From: Raillietiella orientalis
Lineage: Eukaryota
NCBI GenBank assembly: GCA_036172245.1
Contig: JAYWIR010000001.1
Location: 2,480,001 to 2,544,000 of the forward strand
Length of the DNA: 64,000 nucleotides
Reading direction: 5' to 3'
Positions 50,101 through 64,000 of this stretch are shown piece after piece. The notes under the pieces are model-generated. The model worked only from the letters and a program-made list of their open reading frames with translations. It was not told the origin of the DNA and searched no databases. Position numbers and translations under genes: made by a program. The stretch's first letter is position 1. Each line of letters begins with the position of its first letter.

Positions 50101-53100
50101 GTATCATCACACACACAAAAGGACTTAGTGTATAGACGATTACCTCTGAAGAATAGGAAACTGGAACATATAGGTATGAAACTTTGGGGGTAAAAAATTC
50201 ATGAAGACAGATGCAAACACTCGCAAATTTGGATTACTTGACAAATCTACTGGTACCATAATAAACAAATTTAAAAGAGATCAAAACACCCTGTATCATG
50301 GACACACATTCAAATCCTACAATCAACGAAGGAGCTCAGAAGTCCACAAACAGATGCAAAAGATTCATGTTCGTTTGGAAAAAAATCTCCAATATGCAAA
50401 ACAGATTAAATAACACTGAACATAATTCATAATACTCCGTATGATTTAATTCGTGGGAATTGCTGGTAAATCGTCCGTACTAATAACGCACAGGATACTC
50501 TCAGGGTTAAACATTGGGCTAAGCTTGACCTACCGTCAGAAATTCTAATAATGTGTATCATGAGGTCACTTGTGGCCTAAAAGCAATTTCTCAAAGAGCT
50601 CTAATTAGTGTGCACTCTCTAAGATTATACACTAAAAACTACAAATACACACCGCAGGCTATTCCTGAATAATGGCTTGCACAGTCTATTTTGTCAAAGA
50701 CGTTCCTCACATAAAAGAATGCAAAACTATGGGACAGGCAACCAACTAAGTATTGTTTTTAAATGAAACTTTTCCCAGGAACAGGGTTAACAATTATTTG
50801 AAGGAAAAGTAATTCAAGTGTTATCCACGATTATAAAGTGCATTCGTGTTGGATTACTGGACTTACTGAAACACCAAAACATTATTATTGTAATGAAAAT
50901 TCACCACTGGACATAATTTTGTAACTATGTGAACAGACTAAATTTTTAGTTCCCATGTAAAATATTTGAAAAGCTCATTTCCATAAGAATGCAAATCTAC
51001 TATACGAGAAGCAAATGTAGAGGAACCCAAGACTAGATCTTGGAAATTACCTTCCATGATTTGTCTAATGTAGCCAACAGAAAGTCACCGTATGTATCAA
51101 AATTTTCATAGAAACGAATGTAATCGCTGTATTTCTTCAAAAAGAAAAACTACTATTTCTCTGATTTCATTCAAAAGACTTCCTAACACTCGGTGGCTTA
51201 TGATGCAAAGCTTGTTTACTCCAAAATCTGAGAGATTCAGACTCCCAACTAATAATTTCAACCAACTGAACAACAACATAATGGTATCTTATGGTAAATC
51301 ACTAAATAAACAAATGCTTCAGCTTTATAAGAAGCACATATACTTTGAATGAATAACTACTTCGTTCATGGTCTGATCATATGGTGGAAACTGCATTTGC
51401 TGCACAAAACTAGCACCACCAGAAACTAAACAGCATCCATTACATTCGTCTATGGGAATTCATCCCATGAAATGCTAAAGACCCATTTTATTAGCAAAAT
51501 TGGACACTACGGAAATTCTGGTCCATAAAAAATTGGTGGCACAAAAAAGGTATTCAAGAATTTTCTTCTAAGTAAATATGCATATGAACTACTGCATCTT
51601 CAACAGCTTTTGATACATACACCTGTTTATTGTATTTGTAATTTTCATTAATCTAACTATACGTCTACTTATAAATCAGCCATGTTCCCTGTGCACGAAA
51701 AAATATGCTCATATATTTCCAGCCCTGCATTTTTTGGTGCACCTTCAAACACTAACATTCAAATATGCCGCCGCCATGTAAAAAGGGCAAAATTGAGAAA
51801 GCTTTTAAACAAGTACCATTTTCACAACCAACTGTTTATGTGAAAATATCTACATTTCCATAAGCAAATTTACTAATGCCTTTAATTCTTTAAGCATCAT
51901 TTTTTATTCACGTTACTCGGTGTGCATTTTCGCCAGAATTATGCAAAAGGTGAACGTTCACTTGCAATAAACTGTACGCCTGCCAAAGGAAATCGGCAAG
52001 GTTATTGTGACCTTAAACCGTGCTGAGTGCATTTCACAGGCACTCAACAAGCAATTTAAGAACGGTACAATACAACGGTTGTGAAGATGTATTTTTTGCT
52101 GAGTACACGATTATCGAGTTACTACTTGGTAGATACAAATTCAGGAACACGGCATTTTTCAAAATGTTGCATAACTGAAATTGGAATTTCGGAACACTGT
52201 GTTTTGGAGGACTATCAGCCTCGGAAAGTATTCGATGGCTGCTGGACCATTTGCCCCTGGGGTGAAACCAAATACATTTTCGCACTAAGGGATACTTTGT
52301 AATTTTGTCAAAACATGTACCGCACCCATTCTAAGGTTGACGTTAGCACTTCCCTGCTTGAAAAAGAATACCGTACATTTTTGTTGCATCAGATTAGTGC
52401 GTGCGTTCAGGAAAGTGAAATTGATATGGTCAGTACGACTCTCTAGATCTAGTTGTGGATTTAATGCATCCATCAGGACAAAATGTCCACCGATTTTAAA
52501 GTTCACTGCCCGTCGCGCATTCTTTGCATCTGTAACGGGAAAAGCAACTACAACAGCAAAAGCAATGAGACTTTTACAGAAATCTGAATACTTTCGGTGC
52601 ATAAGTTCAGTTCTTTTTAGTTCTTGTTAGTTACACTATTTGCTCACAATATCATACGAAGGTGCAGCATCCCAATTAAGGGACCCATTATACCTTAGGG
52701 AGCTTCCTTTCCTTTCTTGGACCGATGGACACTATGGAATTCCATGCATAGTCCCCAATCTTGCAAATGCTGCAGATTAGTCGAGGATATTTAGCCATAT
52801 TTGCGTACTGCACTGTTTATCACGAATTTTAAGTACTTGAGAAACTCTTGCTGCGTTAAGTCTGCCTCATTTAGTTCCAGAAAAGCAGCTTTATAATGGC
52901 AGATGTACGCCCTGGGAGCACCTCGCATCAACTTGGTAAACTCCTTTTGCGTAATGTGAGGTGGATTCCACTTGAAATCAATGTTTCAGCATCAAATGCC
53001 ACAAGGCTTTTTTTTCCACATACATATATATTATATGCGTGTGGAGATGGACAGACCGTTTCTCTTGGAGCTCATGCGTTCCTTTTCACCCATATCGGTG

Positions 53101-56100
53101 TTACTTGAATTTCGGGTTCCGCGATTCCGAGCGCCGATACGATCGATACGCGCTCTCTCGCAAAACCTAATTGCGTAACGCGGAATCTGCTTGAGGCTGC
53201 GTGCGCAGGAGCTCTCTCTTCCTGTGCCGGCAGGCATGCCCTGCGACCACACGGGAATATTCATGGTCCCGTCAGTACGTGTGCTGTATGAATGGATAGA
53301 AACAGACGGCAGACTGCAGAATGGATAGAAACATGTTCAAAAAGAAATTGAGAATATACGTGCTTTTTCCCTTCCCTGTCCCTCATTACGTGGAACCGAT
53401 TTTTGCATCAACCAAGGTAAATTCAAAGCTGAGCCATCATGCAAGAAGAACTTCTGAAGCCAGTTCTGAAGTCTTGTATCAATACCTGTTGATTAAGCAA
53501 GAAAACCTACCGCTGGAATTTGTGCAGATTTATCCGGCATCATTTTTTTTTTTTTAAAAAAAAAAACATTCAAGATTTCCAATACGCACCAGCAACCGTT
53601 CATGAGGACGAAGGAGAAGCAGAGTGTTTCTTGCGTAGTGTTGAAGACAATTTGCTTCGCATACCATGCTTGAGTCCTTGTTTTATTTCCTGTAATGTTT
53701 CAAGGGGTCTTCGTGAGGAATGAAAGCATCTGCTCAAGATTGGAACGAGAATGGCATTTTGCTCCCTTGTTTTGCGAAAGCCAACTTGTAAAAGATGATC
53801 TTCGACAGAGACAAATCACAGTAATTAATTTCAGCATTTAGCGCTGGTTAATATTTCATAGCTGCGAGAGATGCAAGACACATTTCTTCAGATGAATTAT
53901 CCCTCTCTATCAAGATAAAGGAACAATTTGCCCACGTTCTAAATGACAAATATGCCCTTTTCAGAAAATCATCCACGAAAGATATATCTTTACGGTTATT
54001 ATAACCATAAACCAATAAACACTTAAGGTTTGCATCATTTCCTTCACGAGACAGTAAAGGGAAGTGTTGATGATGAAAGTAGAAAAAACTTGGTCTGATT
54101 TTTTTCATATGAAAATGAAAGATTATCTTTGCAGAATTCTGTATTTTCATGGCATTTTAAAACGTGAGTAGTTATTAACGTCGTGCTGATTTCAGAGAGA
54201 CCCGATACATACAATCTGGACAATTTTTATGAAGGAGGAACGACAGTCGATCAAAACTGGAAGGGCAAAACGTCCAACACTCTCAGTGTCATTCTAGGAA
54301 GGAAAAATCAGAGTTCACAATTATGTTCACCAGCATGGAAGTTCGACGCAAATGAAGGACAACGAGACCTTCTTAAAGACAGAGGGGGAGGGGGAGGTAG
54401 AGCACAAGGCAATATTTATCACGAAAAAAAGTATGTGAGAAGACGTTTGCATACAGCCTGATTACAGACTGGTTAAACCCACATGAAAAACTCTATATTT
54501 TCATCATAATGCGTCTTCGTGATACACGCGACTTCCGAGCAATTTCCACGAGCGTTTGCACTCACATCTGTGAATAGATGATTCAGGTAGATGTGATGCT
54601 TTCGTAAAAATCAGCTGACTCTGGCACATTGTACCTACAGCCAATGCTTGCAGCTTAATTCACTTGATGAGAATTATAACGTACTTTAACCTGATGTGAT
54701 TTCCTCCTTCCTTCTGGAAACACTTTCCAATGAATTTGCTTACCATGGATTTCATTTTGCAATTTTTTTCCGAGTCATCTAATCCTTGGTAGTTTGATGG
54801 TTTAAGATCCAAGATTTCTTATCTGATGCATACATTCTGGGAAACCTTCTTGTTTGACGCACAAGGAGGCAGGCATGCGAACCCATAGAGCAAGAGATTT
54901 GTGTCCTGGTAAAGTTCGTTCCTGGGTGTTGGAAAAACCAATCGTAAACAACCGATCCTGATAACAGGAGAATGCAGTGGGCCAGTCTTTTACATTCTTC
55001 TTTCTTTATGAATCTGCTACAAAATCGAATCTTTCGAAAATGAGGAATAAACGACAGGAACACAGGGAAGTTCACGATCTGGAAAGGAAGAAAAGAGTAC
55101 ACCAGGATAACATTGGAATATCGGTTCTGGAGAAATTCAAAACAGTTTATTCTTGCGAGGAGCTATGGGAGGGAAGACCAGAAATGGTTCTTTAAAACAA
55201 GAATGCTCCTTGCTTCACAACGGTTTCATCTGGCTTGCCAAGGTGAAAGGCGGATAGAGAGAAGAGGGCTGTGTGGGAGTGTAATCTTCTTTTATGGAGA
55301 TGCTATAAGACGCCAATTTTATCTTCTTCAAGGAAATTTATGGCTGTTGTAAGCATTAATGCTGGTCGAGTGGTAGTTGGTAAGATAGTGCTGCCACGAG
55401 AATACAGTTGACAGTACCGAAAGTGATAGTAACCGAAGACAATGGGAAGGTGGATGGAGTAGCGTATGGCTCAGTGTAAGAGAGCAGAGATGGACCGAAA
55501 TCTGAATGCAGCAAAGTTCAAGGAACGAACTGCAAGGGCTTAAGAGAGTGTGTCTTGTTTCTCCAACTTGTTACGCGAATTTGATGAGACAAAGGATCAG
55601 AGGTGGACAGCTTCCCTGCTTCTCTACCGTTGTGAGGTTTTGTCCTCTGAAAAAAGACTCTTGCTTTCCTGCCTTTGCCGTTGAGGAAACTCCCTTGACC
55701 AGGTGTGCCCTTTGACCTGATGCTACTTTGATATTTGACTTTCTTCGTGGAACAAGCTGAAACCTAACTATGGCTGGAGATGGCCTCGGAAAGAAGTTCA
55801 TTTATATGAACGGCGCATCTTCTGAGGCAGCTGGAGGTGCGAAAACCAGTTTCTTCTTTTTCCTTTTGAGCGTGCGTCCCGTCCACTCGCCTATCCTTAT
55901 TGGATCTTATGCTAGCAAGCTTCAGGCTTTTCTGCTTTTCCCGTTCTCTTCAGTGTCATGGAGGGATCTTGGATGCGGCATTTCAGCTGCCTTCCACACT
56001 ACTCCAACTCTTCCCAAGATCCAGACGCAGGAAAGGCGGACGCTTTTCCCAGGATCCACCAAGCTTGGGTGGAGAAGACCATGGCCTTGTGCATTGCCTT

Positions 56101-56899
56101 TCTACTCCCCAAAGTCATGAGGAGGTCGTCCACGGTGCAGCAGCAACTGCTGCTGTTTTTTCTTTTTCTTTTCCTCTCTCCAGTCTAAAACTTGGGATCG
56201 TGGGATGAAACTTGGAAGAGTTGACCGTGGGCTGGAAAGCTCGAAGAAGTGGGATAATGGCAGTTCCGTTGTGTTCTTGTCCCATTCGGCAGCAACTGCG
56301 TTAGGGATACGTGGGCAGCGTTGGGACGGGAAGGGAGAAGTAACCCATTTTCCCACGAAAGGAGGGAAGGCATCGACAAGGAGGTGTTCCCATTCCTCAC
56401 GATTGCCCTTCCTCACAGACAGCTAATGAAAAACGATCTCTTCGGGGAGAAAATCCAGAGCTCATCCTTCGGATCTCGCGAAAGGGCAGAGGCGGTCCCC
56501 GGAGCCTTCTGCAAACTTTGAGACGGGACCCAATCCGATTCCTGTCTTGACCAGTCACAGCTGACGGCTAGCTCACAGAGGAACTGATACCCGGTCGCGC
56601 AGGGGTGTCTATTCATTAAAAATTATAAGTTAGATCCCTGATCTTGCCACGTTACAAAATGTACAGAAAGAACCTGCCGAGAACCGGCGCGCAGGCCGGC
56701 GAGGTTCGCCATGGCTGCACAGGGAAGGGGAGAATAAAATAAAACCAAAAAAAATGCAAAAAATTGGAAAGGGGGGAGGGAGGGAAGGGAATGCTTTGTG
56801 CTGGCGGGTGTCCTCTACATCCTGGTAAGGATGCCGGCAAGCTCCTGTTTCGAGGCTTCCAGATGAGGTCATCTTGATGTTATGCTCACGGAGAGGACA

Positions 56900-57730
56900 G
56901 CACAATAGAAGCCGTCCTGTCGTCCTGACCTTCTCTGGCGTTGCTTCATGCAGCCACGATTCCGCGTAGGCATCAAAGTGCTACTAGGGATGCGGCCGGC
57001 ATGAGGGCGTTGCGCGAGAATAGCACTTTAAAACGTCTCTGGGGTTGTCCTCGGGGACCCGCAGGGACGCGGCGAAGCGTTCCCACATGGGACGGAGGGC
57101 AACGTACTCCATGAGCAGGTGCAAGAGGGACTCTCTCTCGCCGCGCCTGTCGCAGTTGGGACTCGCACTCTCCCGGGTCCAGTGATGTCGGCAGGCGTTA
57201 CATGGGAGGCCCCAGTGCAACAGCAGGATCACCCACTCCTGACACTTCAAGGGGAGGGTAGCACTGTGCCAACACGCAGGGAGCTACTGTACCTCCTCCG
57301 GAGGAATTCGTAGTATCTCTCCCCAGCTCAGCAGTCCATTTGGTGGGACACTCGGCATTGCGACGTCTGCCAGCTCGCGAGTCATCCACGCACCCAGATG
57401 TTTTTTCCTGCTCCCTATCACGCAGGTCACTGCCTACCTCTCTGGAATTTGGCTGTCCATTGCTCCCCTTAGGGAGGGCAGCAATGGGGCCAAGGGAGTG
57501 AACAAAGCCCAAAGCAGATTCCTGGTGTTCCCTAGGATCTCCTGCAGTGGCTGGCGAACGTGTGTACTGTTCCGTAGGCAGATGTATTCTGTCTCGCCAG
57601 TGTCGTTGATTTTTCCCCATGTGAACACTGACTCTTGAAGCCAGGCAGTACAGTTAGCGGGAAGCAAGGAGATCCAGGAAACCCAAGGAGGAAAGCTTAG
57701 AAGTCTAAGCTCTCTAGTCTGGATCCTCAT
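56900..57730 (-). mobile_element. Decayed L1/Tx1-like ORF2 C-terminal (zf-RVT) fragment
   Basis: LLHWGLPCN..RHH....SPNCDRRGERESLLHLLMEY..LRPMW is a degenerate WR.LH..LP.N...C..CG..ETL.HLL.EC..L...W motif. Frameshifted upstream KWTAELG and YPP pieces. Confidence 0.75.
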
Positions 57731-59629
57731 TTAGGAAAAAACCGCCTTGGTAGAGGGAAGTCGTTCTGGTCTTGTCCCCTCCCGGAGCGCGAAGGAAAGA
57801 ACAGAGCCGTGGAAGGAGGAGGAGAGCTGATGGCGGGAGCATTTTAGCCTCTGGTTTCTCGACTCTCTAGGATATTTAGGTTTGACGAGAACGGAACAAC
57901 CCGGACCTCATTTTCGCCATGATGTTTTCTGAGGAAACCCCGCACCCTTCTCGGAGTCAGGAAAAGTTCTATTGCAGCGATCCCGAGGAGGAAGGATGAG
58001 AGCCTCACCAATCGGAAATCCGATGGGTTTGTTTGTCCTGAAGACCCACCTTTCTTTCCGTTTGCTAGTGGAGTGGCATCTTCCCACAAGAGTCACCCAA
58101 ATCGCTTTCAGGGATGCCTTCCCAGGAGAGCTCAGAGATGCTCTGCAGGAGTCTTTCCCGGAACCCCTCCCGGATTTCTTTTTGCCTAACGCGAATACAT
58201 AGTTGCTTCATTTCCCGAAAGACTATTTGCAATATTACTTTATTGTGCATTATTGTACAATAATGTACGGTACGTTGACGGCATCGATAGAAACTTTACG
58301 CTCCTTCATGTTTACGTTCGAATTTGTTATTCTCTGCGGTTCTCATTATTTCATCCTCTTTCCCTTTCATCTGCAGCCACTGGCTCTGCGGAGGAGGTGC
58401 TGGCGCCATTAAACCAGAGGGTTTACCTCTTCACCAGACCCTCGGCGATGCTTCCCCGTCGTAAGCCTGCCTCTGAAGATGACATCCCTTCTTGCTGACA
58501 TCGCTGTGATGAAGGAGGCGGGATGGTCCGGTCCATTGGGCTGCAGTTGGGAATGCCTTTGTCACTTTCAAGAAGCAGCCTCGAAATTTTTTCTCCCGTC
58601 AATCCTAGTGCACCCATCTTACTCGCTTCCAGTCCTTGGCCAGTGCCGGTCAGTCAGGGAGTGTGTTTCATTTCCGTTTTCCCGCAGACCCAACAGGGTT
58701 CGCATCGTGATCCACAACACCGTTCCTTCCGTTTTTCGCGAAACGTGGTCGTCCGTGGTGAAGACGTCTAAAGATGAAGGGGCCTTCCATGAAGAGGGGA
58801 GATTGCTCTGAATTCCCAGTGTTGCCAATCGTGCCAGCTTCTATGCTGCTGGTTTCGTGCTCATCCTCGTTCGCGTCTCAAGTTGCTGGATCCCATCCGA
58901 CTCTTTCATCAGTCTGTTTATTAAATGTGCTGGTCAACTGCTGTCCTTGGTCCATCCGCAACCCAAGGATTTTTCCCTGGAATTTCTTGACTTGGGCTGG
59001 TTTGCTTTCCGCTGACTCTCAAACCCCTTCCTCTCGGAAGATTTTGCAGAAAGGAGGAGCCTCTCATGAGCTGGGAAGTGGGCAGCTGGACGGGAAACAC
59101 GCCCCACCTGCAGGTCACAACACACACAAGAAAACTGCTGCCCAGAGGGCTCATTTCCACGACTTAGCTATTTTGAAAAGCATTTCGGATCACGGAGAGC
59201 CCTTGGCTACTGTGTATCTGCGCTAACGACCCTACTGAAGGAGCAGCGTGTTTATTGCAACCTCCTCTTGTACATCCGGGCACCAGCGGAGGTGGCAGCA
59301 GGCAACAGCAGCTCCAAGTACCTCGTTAACAGGGTCTTTCGGTTCGTTGTTGCCCATCAGCTGATGGCACCCTCCCGCAATGTAGATCTGACATCAGCCG
59401 GGGTCACCGGGATGAAAGCTTCGGGAACATTGTCTGCTGAGGTCTCCCTCTGGTGTTTCCAGTACGAAGTCCAGTGCACGAGCAAGGGAATCTCCGGAAG
59501 ATGAGACTACGTTCCCGGCATCCCGCGAAGGGGAGGGGGCGAGACAGGGCAAGCGCAGCCCGCCGGCCAGTCCAGCGAAAAGGATTGCCATTTCTCACTG
59601 ACTTTTATTTCATGACTCGCGAGAGAGCC

Positions 59630-62469
<2,840 letters not shown>

Positions 62470-64000
62470 CTGGAATGGGGAGAGTCCGCTGATGGTAAGC
62501 AGGAACCAAGAGAGACACTCGAACCGACCCCCGATGGCACGGAGGGGGTTCCTGGACGACAGCGGGGAGTCGGGCAGGCCGCGTGTCCCCGGAGCGCCGT
62601 CCCGCCGCCGTTTACGCCCCAATCCGACGGCAGAGGGGCGCGCGCCACTTCGCGCGAATGCGTGCCTGCCTGGTCTCCCCTCGAGACGGGGATATATCGG
62701 GGCGCCGGCGTGACCAGCTCGGGGAAAGCGCGAGGCGACACGGGGGAGTCCCTCCAAAACCTGGGGATGACAACTCCCCCATCCCGGACTGAGCGCAACC
62801 GAGCGCGAAGGAACTCGCGGGGGGGAACCTTCAGGGAGAGTCCTGAAGAATCTCCCGTCTCCACCCGGGTCTGCTGCTGCGGTTCGAGGGGGGGAGTCAC
62901 CGCGGACTTTCTAGGGCGTCCACGACGCGTTCAAGGGCACTCGAGAAGTGGAAGGAGGAGTGAAAACCAAACGCAAAGGACGCTCTGCTCCGTACCCAAG
63001 ACAGGCGTTGAGGAGACTTGCGTGCGCTGCTGGTGCTTGGAGGATCTTCGTGGCACGGACGCTCCTCCGTCTTTCAAAGGGGACGCCGAAGAAGCTCGCA
63101 GATCGCCTCCCACCGCCTCGACAGATAACAAGCAGCTCGTATGAAAAGGGAATTACTAGGACTTTTTCGTCCTGCTTTGAAGAGACTTCCCTTCTCCCTT
63201 TCCAGGACGGCTTTTCCATGTAAGGGCCGTGGGAGCGGAAGGAAAAGGGGGTTCCCAAGATGCCAATCGGAAATGTGTTGCATCCGGCTGCAGATGAAGT
63301 TGGGCGGGCAGATCCAGAGAAGGTCGGGGATGGGCATTTCGAGAAGCGCTGAAGTCTTGGGCGGCTTCCGAAAGAGGGGGGGGGGGGACAGAGCTCAACC
63401 TCCGCACTGGAGAACGTTGGGGAAGTCAGGCCGCCAAGGAAGAATCGGTCTCATTCTCAGAACAGGGGAGGGTCCGGCTGCGTGCAGAGAGGAACTTCCG
63501 GGACCTCCAGAGTCTCCCATTTCCCTCGATCAACGACACTAGCCGTCTACCGTCACTCCTACCCCTCTGTTCTCAAGCACGAATGCCTTCCGCACCCCAC
63601 TCCCAGCGACTCCTCTTTCCTACAAGAGCCCCGTTTCGGCGGACGAAAAATCCTCGAGGAGCTCCGGGCTTGGGAGCTGAAAATCCCCTGCCATCATTGT
63701 TCCAGCGCGCGTGCGGAGAGGGAGCCAAACAAGCAGAGGAGATGGCCGATGAGGCGCGTTTGGAGCCAGAGGCGATGCGGAGATGGCGCATTTGGTGCTG
63801 GATGGTCCAGAGTCGGCAGGAGGCTGCTGCTACAAGCGCGGAGAGAGAAATGCGAGGGTCTCGTTTCGACGGTGACGGGAATCTCCCTGGGTTCTTCCCT
63901 GCTCCGCTGCTTTCCTTCCAGCTTTTTCTCTTTTCTCAGTTCGCAAGGAGTGCTGGATGACCGTTCGCATCTTAAGGGAGGGGGAAGGGTCGTGAAACCC

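Noticed and set aside
54800-56600. Possible endonuclease/gag remnants near the zf-RVT fragment
   Set aside because: No diagnostic motif recoverable by eye.

Overview
This is animal nuclear DNA, not prokaryotic. It carries spliceosomal genes with very short GT-AG introns (many 37-50 nt). The AT-rich left end holds a KDM5/lid histone demethylase (minus, running off the window), head-to-head with CCDC77 (the arrangement of human KDM5A-CCDC77), and a complete RAD54. A cluster of decayed non-LTR retrotransposons follows at 16-24 kb: a Utopia/NeSL-type element beside a U2 snRNA 5' fragment, an L1/Tx1-type element, and a further REL fragment. The rest of the window holds three divergent ACSL3/4-type long-chain acyl-CoA synthetase paralogs with shared intron positions, in alternating GC-rich and AT-rich domains. 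Three small foreign insertions are mostly invisible in the ORF track: a mitochondrial atp8/atp6 fragment (about 8.1-8.4 kb), a mitochondrial nad2 fragment (about 26.4-26.7 kb), and a roughly 450 bp bacterial, Wolbachia-like piece with an IS110 transposase tail and an IS630 left end (about 37.1-37.6 kb). Homology calls come from manual translation and recalled family motifs; no database search was run. Most predicted ORFs in the GC-rich blocks look spurious.
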